NCBI GenBank assembly: GCA_039715155.1
Contig: JBDLHW010000001.1
Coordinates: forward strand, 1-37,725
Length of the DNA stretch: 37,725 nt
Direction: 5' to 3'
Source: Campylobacterota bacterium
GTDB taxonomy: Bacteria; Campylobacterota; Campylobacteria; Campylobacterales; Sulfurimonadaceae
Shown here: piece after piece, positions 1-10,925 of the stretch
How positions within the stretch are numbered: position 1 is the stretch's first letter
Layout of the letters: each line of letters opens with the position of its first letter
Position numbers and translations under genes: made by a program
The notes under the pieces: generated by a model
Seen by the model: only the letters and a program-made list of their open reading frames with translations
The model's database searches: none
Told to the model about the DNA's origin: nothing

Positions 1-56
1 CTACCCCCTAAAGCTACAAAAAAACAAGTTTTTTGAGATAATATTGATAAATTAAT

Positions 57-347
57 CTATATCTCGTAATCAACTACTTTAGACTCAGAAGTCACCTCTT
101 TAATTAAGGAGACTACTTTTTGGTGCTCTTCATGTACTGCATAAGCACCTAAATCCTCTTTAGAATCAAATGTAGAGTAGAGTGATAAGTCAAATGCTCT
201 CTCAGACTGATTAAAGTCAACCCCTACCTCTATAGATTTAAGCTCATCTATTTTAGTAAGCAGTCCATTTAATTTCTCTTTTACAACTTCTATATTTGCA
301 GCCTTATTCTCATCTTTAAATTTAAACATCACTATATGAACAATCAT
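57..347 (-). CDS. Dabb family (stress-responsive A/B barrel) protein
   Basis: 96 aa; N-terminal MIVHIVMFKFK, YAVHEEH, C-terminal VVDYE typical of the Dabb family. Confidence 0.85.
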   Translation of the reverse strand: MIVHIVMFKFKDENKAANIEVVKEKLNGLLTKIDELKSIEVGVDFNQSERAFDLSLYSTFDSKEDLGAYAVHEEHQKVVSLIKEVTSESKVVDYEI

Positions 348-383
348 TGTATACCTTTTTTATTCGAATTCTAGCATATTATC

Positions 384-1742
384 TTAGCTAAGAATACCTT
401 TCCAGAAAAACTCAGCTATCATCACTATAAAAAATATTCCCAATAGATTTAATACGACTCCATAACGAATCATACTTTTAACATTTACAACTCCGCTACT
501 CATAGCAATTGCATTTGGTGGGGTGGCGATAGGGAGCATAAAGGCGTAACTAGCACAGAGAGTCGCTACCATCATAAAAAGAGTTGTATTTATACCTGTC
601 TGCTCTGCCACGGAGTATATAACCGGGAGCATGATAGATATAAGTGCTGTATTTGATGTTATCTCTGTTGTAAATGTAACGAGAAATGCCACTGCAAAAA
701 GCAGTAGTATCGGTGAGAGACTTGTCATGGAGATAAGATATGATGCAACTTCATCTGCAAGTCCAGTACCACTGAACGCCTTTGCTATACTAAACCCTGC
801 TCCAAACAGAAACATAATTCTATAAGGAATCTTTGCCTTATCATCCATCCAGTCTAAAATGTTAAAAGGCGGCATAAAGAGAAGCAGACCAGCACTCAAA
901 AGTATCCCGGCCTCACTAAGACCTAGACCAGACCAGTATGGTTTTATAGGTGCATTTACAAGCAGTAAAAGAATCAAGCCACCTAAAATATATAAGACTT
1001 TTTTCTGACTTTCATCCAAAGGGTGTTTATGTCTATCTCTATGTATAGAACTATTCTCTACTCCAATACTTAGTAGTAGACTCACAGCTATCATCATAAC
1101 AAAAGAGAGCGGCGCCACCATCCATATCCACTGAAAAAATGGTATGGCTTCCAATCCTTTATCGTGCATAATCCCAAGTAAAATCAAGTTTGGAGGAGTT
1201 CCAATAGGGGTTAAAATACCACCTACACTGGCACCATAAGCAATAGCAAGAGCAAACCTCATCTTTAGTTTTATATCTTCAGTGATGAAAAGTGCAATAG
1301 ACATTAGAAGAAGTGTCGTCGTAGTATTTGATAAAATAGAACTAAGTAAGCCCGAAGTTAAAGCCAAAGAGAAAATCATTCCTCTTGGAGTACTGGGGAA
1401 AAGTGAGAGTATTTTGTCCGCTATATAGGTGTGCAGATGTGTTTTCTCAACTGCTATAGCCAGCATAAAACCACCTAAAAAGAGAAAGATAATAGGGTGT
1501 GCATAGTTAGCAGTAGTTGCCTTGGTTGTCAGAATATCAAATGATGGAAAAAGTATGATAGGCAAAAGTGAGACAATAGCTAAAGGAAGCCCCTCATTTG
1601 TCCAAAGAGTCACAAGAAAGGCAATAATTCCTAAAAGTGCAGCTTGTGTTGGATTAAAAACAGTGAAGGAGAGTGCGAATACCCCAAGACCAATTAAAAG
1701 TCCTAATCCTATCTTTTTAAACTGTTCTTTATACTCTGACAT
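384..1742 (-). CDS. SLC13/DASS family Na+:dicarboxylate or sulfate symporter
   Basis: Multi-TM protein with LSNTTT, TPIGTPPN, TEITSNTA and LPIATPPNA signature motifs. Confidence 0.9.
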   Translation of the reverse strand: MSEYKEQFKKIGLGLLIGLGVFALSFTVFNPTQAALLGIIAFLVTLWTNEGLPLAIVSLLPIILFPSFDILTTKATTANYAHPIIFLFLGGFMLAIAVEKTHLHTYIADKILSLFPSTPRGMIFSLALTSGLLSSILSNTTTTLLLMSIALFITEDIKLKMRFALAIAYGASVGGILTPIGTPPNLILLGIMHDKGLEAIPFFQWIWMVAPLSFVMMIAVSLLLSIGVENSSIHRDRHKHPLDESQKKVLYILGGLILLLLVNAPIKPYWSGLGLSEAGILLSAGLLLFMPPFNILDWMDDKAKIPYRIMFLFGAGFSIAKAFSGTGLADEVASYLISMTSLSPILLLFAVAFLVTFTTEITSNTALISIMLPVIYSVAEQTGINTTLFMMVATLCASYAFMLPIATPPNAIAMSSGVVNVKSMIRYGVVLNLLGIFFIVMIAEFFWKGILS

Positions 1743-1779
1743 TCTCTTTACTCCTTAATCCAAATGGTTTCTTGCTTAT

Positions 1780-2604
1780 CTACTCAAAAACAGAAAAAAC
1801 TTTTTTAATCAAATCATTGTTTTGTAAAAGTGGATTATCTCTAATCTCTTTCTCTTTCTCCTCTATCATCACCATTAAACCATCAATAGACTTGTTTGTT
1901 ATATAGGAGTTTAAGTCTTCATCATCCTCACGTGGTATCATTCCTCCATACCCTAACATACTTGCAGCACTTGATACATACTCATTATTTAGCACACCTG
2001 CATTCTCTTTGTAAAATGATTGAAATGCACCATAATACATGGCAACATTATTATTATCCATACTTTTTTGAATTATCGGCAATATCGTATTTTGAAGCTC
2101 TTTAGTTGAACTTTTTCTGAAGTAATCAGTCGCAGCCTTGTCTGAACCACTTAGAATCTTTTTTGCATCATCGATACTCATATCAGATATACTCTTTGCA
2201 AAAATTTCTGCTGTTTTTGGTGCGGCTTCTGTTGCAGCGTTATTAAATGCCAATATTAAATCATCTACGTACTTATCTCCACCAACTTTTCTCACTAAAT
2301 CTGCTGTTTTTTTCAAATCTTTCGGTAAACCTATTTTTGTTAGTGGGTTATTAAGATACCCATCTTTAGCACCCAGTGACTTAACAGCATAATCAACACC
2401 GATATTCAGTGCTTCTTTAAGTGCTCCGTTCATATCTGGTGATGTTAAGTCCGTTATAACTGTCTCTTTTTTATCTGGGCTTATCTCATTAACGTATGTA
2501 TCTGTTGTTTCACTTACAATATCTTTAAAAGAGTCAAGCCAACCTGCGTTTAGTAGTGTTGCACTACATAATAAACCAATAATTATACTTTTAGAGTGTT
2601 TCAT
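1780..2604 (-). CDS. DUF4197 family exported protein
   Basis: Signal peptide; ALKEALNIG, DGYLNNP, NNAATEAAP, ATDYFR and EEKEKEIRDNP motifs. Confidence 0.85.
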   Translation of the reverse strand: MKHSKSIIIGLLCSATLLNAGWLDSFKDIVSETTDTYVNEISPDKKETVITDLTSPDMNGALKEALNIGVDYAVKSLGAKDGYLNNPLTKIGLPKDLKKTADLVRKVGGDKYVDDLILAFNNAATEAAPKTAEIFAKSISDMSIDDAKKILSGSDKAATDYFRKSSTKELQNTILPIIQKSMDNNNVAMYYGAFQSFYKENAGVLNNEYVSSAASMLGYGGMIPREDDEDLNSYITNKSIDGLMVMIEEKEKEIRDNPLLQNNDLIKKVFSVFE

Positions 2605-2624
2605 TTTATTCCTATTTTTATAGT

Positions 2625-3512
2625 TTAACTCGAGAGCAGGTCCCTAAGAGATATATGCGGATCTTTACCCTCTAGAAGTTCATAAACCTCATGCGCTATC
2701 GGTAGGTAGAGATCTTTTTGTGCTGCTATCTCATGAAGGGCATAGGTAGTTCCTATCCCTTCGGCAACCTCACCTAAATCATCCAATATCTCTTGCTGCG
2801 TTTTACCCTCTGATAAACCAAGACCAACTCTAAAGTTTCTACTCATTGTAGATGATGCCGTCAAAAAAAGATCTCCTGCCCCGCTAAGCCCTACAAAGCT
2901 CTCCTCCTTAGCTCCATATACTTTTCCAAATCTCTGCATCTCAACAAGTCCACGTGAGATGAGAGCAGCTGCTGCATTTTTACCTAAAGAGAGACCTTCA
3001 CATATTCCTGCAGCTATAGCAATCACATTTTTATATGCACCTGCAACCTCTGCACCCGCTATATCAGTGGAGGTGTATGTTTTAATAAAAGATGGGAAAA
3101 AAGAGGCAAACTTCTCACTTACTTCTTCGTTGATTGCGTTTACAACGAGTGCAGTCGGAAGTGACTGAATTACTTCAGCTGCGAATGAGGGACCAGATAA
3201 AAAAGAGATATTTTCATCAGGAACATACTCTGAGTATATCTCATTTAAAAACTTTCCACTCTTAGCCTCTATACCTTTTGCAGCAACTAAAATCTTCTGA
3301 TTTTTGAAAACAAAGTTCTCTTTTAGCCATGATGATACTTGTTGTGCAGGAATTGCAATCACCAGATATTCTAACTCTAAAATCTCTTCTAAAGATACAA
3401 AATTCTCTAAATCTCTTGGTGTTCTTGAAGTTATTACAACATCATTTTTCTCACTCAAAGCAAATGCTAAGGCACTTCCCCATTTTCCAGCTCCGATTAC
3501 TCCAATACGCAT
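2625..3512 (-). CDS. gpsA: NAD(P)H-dependent glycerol-3-phosphate dehydrogenase
   Basis: GAGKWG Rossmann motif, LSGPSFA, AYKNVIAIAAG, GAGDLFLT..S..SRN. Confidence 0.95.
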   Translation of the reverse strand: MRIGVIGAGKWGSALAFALSEKNDVVITSRTPRDLENFVSLEEILELEYLVIAIPAQQVSSWLKENFVFKNQKILVAAKGIEAKSGKFLNEIYSEYVPDENISFLSGPSFAAEVIQSLPTALVVNAINEEVSEKFASFFPSFIKTYTSTDIAGAEVAGAYKNVIAIAAGICEGLSLGKNAAAALISRGLVEMQRFGKVYGAKEESFVGLSGAGDLFLTASSTMSRNFRVGLGLSEGKTQQEILDDLGEVAEGIGTTYALHEIAAQKDLYLPIAHEVYELLEGKDPHISLRDLLSS

Positions 3513-4204
3513 GAATCACCACCTATTAATTTTTCAAACTCTTTTATATCTGTTTCATAGCCTACAACAACAAAGACATCACCCTTTTTCATCTCGTGAT
3601 GTTTTGCTTTGGATGAAAAGATAAACTCACTGCTTCCATCTTCATGTAAAACAGAGAGAACTATTATTCCATGCTCCCTGCTCCACTCTATATCGGATGG
3701 AAATTTATCACCAAAACAGCTACTATCTTTAATCTCAATCTGCGAAACTTTTAAATCACTCTGCTCATAAAGAATACTGTGCAAAACCTCTGTCACAATC
3801 GGTTTGTCCAATATATCAGAAATCATTGTAGCTGTAGTTTGAACAAGAGGTATAACCTTATTTGCCCCAGCCATACTCAGTTTATTTGCACTCTCTTTAT
3901 TCTTTGAGAGAGCGATTATCGTTAAATCTTCAAAGGCAGCCCTTAAAGAGATAGTTAAAAATATATTCTCCGCATCATCTTCTAAAACACAAAATGCTAT
4001 AGAGTTTTTTATATCATGAATCACTGAAAGATCTGCCCACTCATCACTAAAGTCAAACATCTCAACACTGAACTCATCTAAATCAGACCTTGACTCATCT
4101 GAGTCTAATTTAAAAATAGATATCTCTTCATACTTATGAGAAATATTTTTTGCTATCTGAGCAGAGTAGTCGTTATAACCAAATATTAAAGCACTTCTTT
4201 TCAT
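3497..4204 (-). CDS. Soluble TrkA/RCK-type potassium channel regulatory subunit
   Basis: Degenerate TrkA_N (IFGY, DDAENIF, AGANKVI) plus TrkA_C; overlaps the K+ channel gene. Confidence 0.75.
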   Translation of the reverse strand: MKRSALIFGYNDYSAQIAKNISHKYEEISIFKLDSDESRSDLDEFSVEMFDFSDEWADLSVIHDIKNSIAFCVLEDDAENIFLTISLRAAFEDLTIIALSKNKESANKLSMAGANKVIPLVQTTATMISDILDKPIVTEVLHSILYEQSDLKVSQIEIKDSSCFGDKFPSDIEWSREHGIIVLSVLHEDGSSEFIFSSKAKHHEMKKGDVFVVVGYETDIKEFEKLIGGDSCVLE

Positions 4205-5757
4205 CTTTGTATCTTTGTATGTAGATATTTTTCAAACTCTTTTATAAACACACTGTTTCCTATAACCAGTAGATAGTCACCCTCTTCTAAAACTGTTGAG
4301 TCTATTGGATTAAAGAAAAACCTCTTATGTGCTTTTTTATAGATACCAAGTAAAACAAGTCGATATTTAGAGCTCTCTAGCTGCTCTACTAGAGTAAAAT
4401 TAGACAACATTCTCTGCGTTACAATTATCTCCTCTATATCAACACTTGTATACTCAGAACGAAGAGCATGTATCACTTCAAATGCAACCGGTTTACCTAC
4501 AAACTCTTTTGCAATTAATCCTATTAACTCTTTAGAGTAGAGTATCTCATTTACTCCCGCGAAGCTAAGCTTATTTCTATTCATCTCATTCATCAAAAGT
4601 GAAAGGAGAAAAACATCCTTATTAAAAGAGCGTACAGTCAGTGCTGTATATACATTTTCAACATCACTCTCTCTCAGGCATAAGATCGCTTTTACCTGAG
4701 TTTTAATATCTATACGCAATTTTTTATAGCTATCGACACTCCCCGGGTCATAATTAAACGCACTAAAGCCATCTTGTTGAGCTTTTTGAACTCTTGTAAT
4801 ATCTTCATCAAGAACTATTAGACTATTCTTCTTTGATAGCTTTATGGCAAGCTCTTGAGCGATATTTTCATATCCACAGATTATATAAAACTCTTTTATC
4901 TTCTTTAAATCATCTACACTCTTTGTCTCTCTGATCTCATCAAGTTTTTCCGTGAACGCAGAGACAACCAAAGAGGTAGTAAACGCTAACACTGCAATAC
5001 CAGCTACAATGACGAACATAGCCACCAAACGTCCAGCATCTGTAGCAGGAGTTATATCTCCATAGCCAACTGTAGATATTGTTACAATAGACCAATAAAA
5101 AGCTTCATAGAGTGTATCTATTGGAGAGTTAGGATTATTTGCTTCCATTACATATATAAGTACAGATGAGACAAAAATAACAATAGATGAGAACATTAAA
5201 AGAGTTAAAAACTCAAATCTCTTAGTCGCTAGAACTGATGCAAAAGTCTGAAAACTTCTCGCGTATCTAAAGAGTTTAAAAACACGAAAGAGTATAAAAA
5301 TACGAAGAAGTCTTAACTGGTGGAAGAACGGAACAATAGCTAAAAGGTCTATGATAGCTCTAACTGATGTGATGTACTTCAGCTTTACTCTACTTATCTC
5401 CATAAAAGATGCAAAAAGGTTAAACTCTTTGCCAAGCATTGTATCATGCTCATTTTGCTTAATGATTATCTCACTGACACTGCTATTAACCCACAGACGC
5501 AGTAGGTACTCAATAAGAAAGATAATAGAGATGATATAGTTGTTAAAATATAAAAAGAAGTCATTTACGTGAGACTTGACCTCACGTATGAGTACGACAA
5601 CACTTATTATAATAAGCGTAATCATCAACATATCAACATATTTTTTATACTTATAGTTATCGTTCTCTAGCAGATTGTAAAAAAAGTGTTTATTTGCTTG
5701 ATATTTCTTTGACGTGTTTAAAAAGTATGCCCCGTCTAATATCAAGCGTTTCATCAT
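4201..5757 (-). CDS. 6TM potassium channel with C-terminal RCK domain
   Basis: S4-like LRLLRIFILFRVFKLFR, selectivity filter TVGYGD, IICGY RCK start. Confidence 0.92.
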   Translation of the reverse strand: MMKRLILDGAYFLNTSKKYQANKHFFYNLLENDNYKYKKYVDMLMITLIIISVVVLIREVKSHVNDFFLYFNNYIISIIFLIEYLLRLWVNSSVSEIIIKQNEHDTMLGKEFNLFASFMEISRVKLKYITSVRAIIDLLAIVPFFHQLRLLRIFILFRVFKLFRYARSFQTFASVLATKRFEFLTLLMFSSIVIFVSSVLIYVMEANNPNSPIDTLYEAFYWSIVTISTVGYGDITPATDAGRLVAMFVIVAGIAVLAFTTSLVVSAFTEKLDEIRETKSVDDLKKIKEFYIICGYENIAQELAIKLSKKNSLIVLDEDITRVQKAQQDGFSAFNYDPGSVDSYKKLRIDIKTQVKAILCLRESDVENVYTALTVRSFNKDVFLLSLLMNEMNRNKLSFAGVNEILYSKELIGLIAKEFVGKPVAFEVIHALRSEYTSVDIEEIIVTQRMLSNFTLVEQLESSKYRLVLLGIYKKAHKRFFFNPIDSTVLEEGDYLLVIGNSVFIKEFEKYLHTKIQR

Positions 5758-5763
5758 AGAAGT

Positions 5764-7188
5764 CTAACTCAGTTTTGCTTTTAAAATTTCATTTACAGCT
5801 TGCGGGTTTGCACTTCCTTTGGAAGCCTTCATAACTTGTCCGACAAAGAAACCAAAGAGTTTCTCTTTACCGCCTTTGAACTGCTCAACCTTTTCAGGAT
5901 TTGCACTGATAATCTCATCACACATTGCTTCGATTGCACCTGTGTCTGTCACCTGTTTTAGTCCAAGAGCATCTATCACACCATCAACATCAAGATTCTC
6001 TTCCATAAGTCTGTCAAGAACTTCCTTAGCAGCTTTTCCACTGATAGTCTGGTCCTCTATACGCTTCACCAAGTGTCCAAGTTTTTGTGCATTAACAGGA
6101 GAGTTGGTAATATTCACATCCCCTTTCAGGCGAGCTTGAAGCTCGACAGTCAACCACGTAGCTGCATTTTTAGCACTGATACCCTGCTCCATCATCTCTT
6201 CAAAGAAGTGAGCCATCTCTACAGATGAAGTGATCACACCTGCATTGTATTCACTCATGCCGTAATCATTTACAAATCTATCGCGTTTAGCATCCGGAAG
6301 TTCTGGAATCTTAGAGTACAACTCCATCATCTCATCACTCACAACAGCTTTTAATAAGTCAGGCTCTGGAAAGTAACGATAGTCAGCCGCTTCTTCTTTA
6401 CCACGCATAGAGCGAGTCTCATTCTTATCTTGATCATAGAGACGTGTCTCTTGAAAAATCTCATCATCATAAACACCATCTTCCCAAGCTTCACTTTGAC
6501 GCTGTACTTCAACCTCTATCGCTTTTTGAATAAACTTAAATGAGTTGATATTTTTCACTTCAACACGAGTGTATAGTTTCTCATCACCTTTTGGACGGAT
6601 AGAGACATTTACATCTACACGAAATGAACCCTCTTGCATATTTGCATCACCAATATCCAAATAGCGAACAATCGAGTGAAGTTTTTTAAGATAAAGTACT
6701 GCTTCTTCTGCACTTCTCATATCAGGCTCAGAGACTATCTCTAAAAGTGGAGTCCCTGCACGGTTAAGGTCAACCTTAGAGATATCACCATCATGAATAT
6801 TTTTGCCGGCATCAGCTTCTATGTGAGCAAAGCCTACACGAATAGTTTTATGAGAGCCATCTTCAAAGTCAATATCTAAAGTACCATTTTGTATTACTGG
6901 TGTATAAAACTGTGTAATTTGATAGGCAGATGGGCTATCTGGATAGAAGTATGATTTACGGTCAAAATAAGAAGTACGGTTAACGGTCGCATCTAGTGCA
7001 GTACCAAGCATTACTGCTTTTTGTAAAACTTCTTTATTTAAAACTGGAAGTGCACCAGGAAGTGCTAGACAAGTTGGACATGTATTTACATTTTGTTTGT
7101 GATTAAAACTCGTCGGACACGAGCAAAAAAGTTTAGTTTTTGTGTTTAGTTGTACATGGACTTCAAGACCGATAACTACTTCAAACAT
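5764..7188 (-). CDS. gatB: Asp/Glu-tRNA amidotransferase subunit B
   Basis: [44 protein letters not shown]. Confidence 0.98.
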   Translation of the reverse strand: MFEVVIGLEVHVQLNTKTKLFCSCPTSFNHKQNVNTCPTCLALPGALPVLNKEVLQKAVMLGTALDATVNRTSYFDRKSYFYPDSPSAYQITQFYTPVIQNGTLDIDFEDGSHKTIRVGFAHIEADAGKNIHDGDISKVDLNRAGTPLLEIVSEPDMRSAEEAVLYLKKLHSIVRYLDIGDANMQEGSFRVDVNVSIRPKGDEKLYTRVEVKNINSFKFIQKAIEVEVQRQSEAWEDGVYDDEIFQETRLYDQDKNETRSMRGKEEAADYRYFPEPDLLKAVVSDEMMELYSKIPELPDAKRDRFVNDYGMSEYNAGVITSSVEMAHFFEEMMEQGISAKNAATWLTVELQARLKGDVNITNSPVNAQKLGHLVKRIEDQTISGKAAKEVLDRLMEENLDVDGVIDALGLKQVTDTGAIEAMCDEIISANPEKVEQFKGGKEKLFGFFVGQVMKASKGSANPQAVNEILKAKLS

Positions 7189-7256
7189 AGATTTCCTTGG
7201 GTAAATGATTATTAATCATCTATTTTATCCAAAAAAAGCTTTAAACTTGTATAGCC

Positions 7257-7592
7257 TTAGTTTTGAAGATGTCTCTTACTTAAAAGTTCATACTCTTCTT
7301 TTGTTAGAACCCCACTGTTTAACATCTCAGTGAGTTCAGAAATTCTATCTTCTACATCTGTTTTTTCTACACTCTCCTGAGTTACCACTTCTGGTTTTTT
7401 GTATGCTTTAGCGTGTCTACTAGAGTAGATATATGAGATAATACCCATAGTTCCAAAGATTCCTACAAATAAAGCAGCTTCAATCATTATACTATTTTCT
7501 ACACTTTGGGAAACCTCTCTAGCAAATAGAGCACTCTTTAAAAAAAGTGTAAAAATTATAAATTTAATCATCTGTTTGAACTCCCTGAGCAT
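7257..7592 (-). CDS. Small membrane protein with C-terminal SHOCT-like domain (true start may be ~7571)
   Basis: Signal peptide plus TM helix; C-terminal ELTEMLNSGVLTKEEYELL is SHOCT-like. Confidence 0.65.
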   Translation of the reverse strand: MLREFKQMIKFIIFTLFLKSALFAREVSQSVENSIMIEAALFVGIFGTMGIISYIYSSRHAKAYKKPEVVTQESVEKTDVEDRISELTEMLNSGVLTKEEYELLSKRHLQN

Positions 7593-7836
7593 AGATTTTC
7601 TCTAAAAGTTCTGTCTGTTTTTTAGCCTCTGCCAATCTCTGCTTATTGACCATAAATGCATCTAAGGCTAAGATAATTAAGAGTGAAACTATTATAAAAA
7701 GGATTGTTATAAAAAGAGCTAGACCAAAGCCTAAAACGATGAAGATTTTAAAAGTGATAAGAGCACCGAAGAGGACAATTGCCCAAGATGCTCCAAGCAA
7801 AAAGCTTATTATTCTGTCGAATATATCTCTTTGCAC
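7564..7836 (-). CDS. Hypothetical 2-TM membrane protein
   Basis: Two hydrophobic helices plus a coiled tail; tightly packed downstream of atpB. Confidence 0.65.
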   Translation of the reverse strand: MQRDIFDRIISFLLGASWAIVLFGALITFKIFIVLGFGLALFITILFIIVSLLIILALDAFMVNKQRLAEAKKQTELLEKIYAQGVQTDD

Positions 7837-7848
7837 AGTCTTGACGAC

Positions 7849-8523
7849 CTAATGATCGTCTACTGCTACTGCCGAACCGATATAAACAGTTGTAAGCATC
7901 ATGAAGATAAACGCTTGCAAGAATGCCATAAAAGTAAGAAGTGCAAATGGAATCATTGGTAAAATCCAAGGCGCAAGCATAAGGATTACCATTAAGAACA
8001 TATCATCACCTTTTACATTTCCAAAAAGACGGAAAGATAAAGATACTAAACGAGAGAAGTGAGAAACTATCTCGATTGGGAACATTAACCAGTATAACCA
8101 CCAAACTGGACCCATAAAGTGTTTGAAATACTTGATAACACCCTGCTCTTTAATACCAACATAGTTATAATATACAAATACAACTAATGCAAGTGTAAGA
8201 GGCATCTCTAAAAATGCAGTAGGAGCTTCAAAACCTGGAACAATACCGATTAAGTTAGCGATACATACAAACAGACCAATCGTAGCTATTAATGGAAGAT
8301 ATTTACGAGCATTTTCCTTACCCATAACGTCAGTACCCATCTGTAAAACACCGCCAAGATACGCTTCCATTAAGTTTTGAGAACCTTTAGGTACTAACTG
8401 TAAGTTTGACATTGCAAATCTAACTAATAGTAGTGCAAGACCAGCTGATAGCACCATGTGCGTTAAGTAGATAAAAGTCTTATCGTGAGAAATAAGACCG
8501 AAAAATGTAAACAATTCTGGCAT
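7849..8523 (-). CDS. atpB: F0F1 ATP synthase subunit a
   Basis: PIEIVSHFSRLVSLSFRLFGN (conserved Arg), LQAFIFMMLT. Confidence 0.97.
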   Translation of the reverse strand: MPELFTFFGLISHDKTFIYLTHMVLSAGLALLLVRFAMSNLQLVPKGSQNLMEAYLGGVLQMGTDVMGKENARKYLPLIATIGLFVCIANLIGIVPGFEAPTAFLEMPLTLALVVFVYYNYVGIKEQGVIKYFKHFMGPVWWLYWLMFPIEIVSHFSRLVSLSFRLFGNVKGDDMFLMVILMLAPWILPMIPFALLTFMAFLQAFIFMMLTTVYIGSAVAVDDH

Positions 8524-8666
8524 AGAAGAGCTCCCTGTCTAAAATTAAATTACGAAATTATAGTCAAACTTGCATTAAATTATTATAATAGGAGAGACTT
8601 TTTGCAAAACTTTTTAGATATTTTGCTATAGTTATAAATATTCTTAATATTAGAGATGGAGAACTT

Positions 8667-9254
8667 ATGCATATTTTAAAATCGATTATCCTCTTCACAC
8701 TTAGTACAAACCTAGTGTTTGGGGCTTCTCAGAGTAAAAAGGACTCTGAGTTAGAAAAGGTAATTAAAACCGGTGAAAGAGGCTCAAAACTACTTATTCA
8801 AACGCTTGGTAAGAAGATGAAAAGCAAGCTGAAAAAAGATGGTGTGATGAAAACATTGGATTTTTGCGCAGATGAAGCTTATAATATTACTCAAAAAGTG
8901 AATAAAAAACTTCCAAAGGGTGTAAGAGTTAAACGCATAAGTGCAAAATATAGAAACCCGGCAAACTCTCCTAAAGATAACGAACTTGCTGTTTTAGAAT
9001 CTTTTGCTAAATTAAAAAGCTCAAACGTGATTATGCCCAAGCAGTTAGTTGAACAAGTAGATGAGAATACATTTAAATACTATAAGCCACTTTTTATAGA
9101 GGACAAAGCATGTCTAGAGTGTCATGGAGTAATTAAAGATGTAGAAGTCAGAAGAGCAATTACTGCGAGGTACCCAATCGATAGTGCAAACAATTACGAA
9201 CTAGGGGATTTCAGAGGGGCAGTTGTTGTCACTATTGTTAAGTCCGCAAAATAA
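8667..9254 (+). CDS. Tll0287/DUF3365-like periplasmic c-type heme protein
   Basis: Signal peptide, RIS.KYRNPANSP, CLECH (CxxCH), G.FRGA. Confidence 0.85.
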   Translation: MHILKSIILFTLSTNLVFGASQSKKDSELEKVIKTGERGSKLLIQTLGKKMKSKLKKDGVMKTLDFCADEAYNITQKVNKKLPKGVRVKRISAKYRNPANSPKDNELAVLESFAKLKSSNVIMPKQLVEQVDENTFKYYKPLFIEDKACLECHGVIKDVEVRRAITARYPIDSANNYELGDFRGAVVVTIVKSAK

Positions 9255-9298
9255 ACAGAGTTCATTTTACTTCGCTTGAGCTGCTGTTGCTCCTAAAG

Positions 9299-9359
9299 TT
9301 TGCCTTATTGAAGGCAAAAGTTGCTATTTAGCAACAAACGCAAGTAGCAAAAGCTACTT
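9299..9359. repeat. Three tandem short hairpins between convergent genes (terminator- or REP-like)
   Basis: TTTGCCTT-attg-AAGGCAAA (9299-9318); GTTGCTA-tt-TAGCAAC (9320-9335); AAGTAGC-aaaa-GCTACTT (9342-9359). Confidence 0.6.
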
Positions 9360-10922
9360 AGCGAACTCTACAGCCCTGCTCTCACGTATAACGTTCACTT
9401 TTATCTCACCAGGATATTGAACCTTTTCCTCTATCTCTTTAGCTATCTCTCTAGCCATTAAAACAGATTCGTCATCATTTATCAGTGTTGCATTTACTAT
9501 AACTCTCACTTCACGACCTGCATTTATTGCATAGGCCTGTTTCACACCTGTATGTTGTGAGGCGATATCTTCTATCTCTGTCACACGTTTTAAGAAACTC
9601 TCTAATACTTCTCTACGTGCACCGGGACGTGCAGCTGAAAGTGCATCTGCCGCGCACACAGCTCCACACTCTACAGAATTAATCTCTTCTTTACCGTGGT
9701 GTGCATAGATAGCATTTATAACCACTGAATTTTCATTATAGCGGTTACAAATCTCAGCACCTAAGTCAACATGGTTTCCATCATGGTCATGTGTCAGAGC
9801 CTTTCCTATATCATGTAAAAGTCCTGCACGTTTTGCTAACACCGGATCTCCACCCATCTCTGCTGCCATTATTCCTGCCAAGTGAGCAACCTCAAGTGTA
9901 TGCGCAAGGGCATTTTGTCCATAACTGGCACGATAACGAAGACGTCCTATTAGCTTCATAAGCTCAGGATGCATTACACCTATGTTCATATCAGCAATAA
10001 GCTCTTCACCCTCTGCAAGTATCCCAGCTTCAAACTCATCAGATACTTTTTCAAATATCTCTTCAATCCTAGCCGGCTGAATACGCCCATCTTCTATAAG
10101 AAGTTGCAGTGTCTTCGTTGCAATTGCACGACGGTAAAGGTTAAAACTACTCACAAGAATTGCATTTGGCGTATCATCTATTATAATATCCACACCCATC
10201 AGTGTTTCAAGGGCCTTAATATTTCGCCCCTCCTTACCAATAATACGACCCTTTAACTCATCATTATCCAGATGAACTAAGTTTGTTAATCTCTCAGATG
10301 CAAACTCTCCTGCAAAACGGCTGGTAGCCTGTGCTAAAATCCAGTTTGCTTTGTGCTCAGCTTCCTGTTTTGCTTCATTTTCATAACGTCTAACTATATG
10401 GGAAATCTCGCCACGAGACTTCTCTTCTACGTTTTGCAATAGAACAGTTTTTGCCTCATCTTTTGTCATTCCGGCACTATGTTCTAAAACATGAACTGCC
10501 TCATCTATCTTCTCTTCATATCTCTTTTTTAATGAGTTTAAAGATTTTTCATTTCTCTCTAAATTAAGTTTTTGCGACTCAACGATACTGCTTTGTGAAT
10601 GAATTCTCTTCTCTTCATCTTGCTTAAATCGTTTAAAACTCTGCTCTTTTCTTATTAAATCATCTTCTCTTTGATGCAGATTGGCTTTTGCCCGCTCTTT
10701 TGCGCTCTCATACTGTTTTGTTGCTTCTAGTTCAATCTCACGTGACTTGTTGTGAGCACGTTCAAGAAGTGATTGCGCTTCATTTTCTATAGCTTTCGCT
10801 TTGGCTTTTGCCTGATCTGTATAAACATCGAAATTAGCACTTGTTAACTTTTTAGAGATGAAAAAACCGATAACCCCACTAACAGTGGCAATCCCGCCAC
10901 CCAGTAGTACCATGTTTAACAT
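9354..10922 (-). CDS. rny: Ribonuclease Y
   Basis: N-terminal TM, coiled coil, KH motif KGRIIGKEGRNI, HD motif LLHDIGK, ADALSAARPGAR. Confidence 0.97.
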   Translation of the reverse strand: MLNMVLLGGGIATVSGVIGFFISKKLTSANFDVYTDQAKAKAKAIENEAQSLLERAHNKSREIELEATKQYESAKERAKANLHQREDDLIRKEQSFKRFKQDEEKRIHSQSSIVESQKLNLERNEKSLNSLKKRYEEKIDEAVHVLEHSAGMTKDEAKTVLLQNVEEKSRGEISHIVRRYENEAKQEAEHKANWILAQATSRFAGEFASERLTNLVHLDNDELKGRIIGKEGRNIKALETLMGVDIIIDDTPNAILVSSFNLYRRAIATKTLQLLIEDGRIQPARIEEIFEKVSDEFEAGILAEGEELIADMNIGVMHPELMKLIGRLRYRASYGQNALAHTLEVAHLAGIMAAEMGGDPVLAKRAGLLHDIGKALTHDHDGNHVDLGAEICNRYNENSVVINAIYAHHGKEEINSVECGAVCAADALSAARPGARREVLESFLKRVTEIEDIASQHTGVKQAYAINAGREVRVIVNATLINDDESVLMAREIAKEIEEKVQYPGEIKVNVIRESRAVEFAK

Positions 10923-10925
10923 CTA

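Noticed and set aside
7849-8523. atpB isolated from other ATP synthase genes
   Set aside because: Split atp loci are normal in Campylobacterota.
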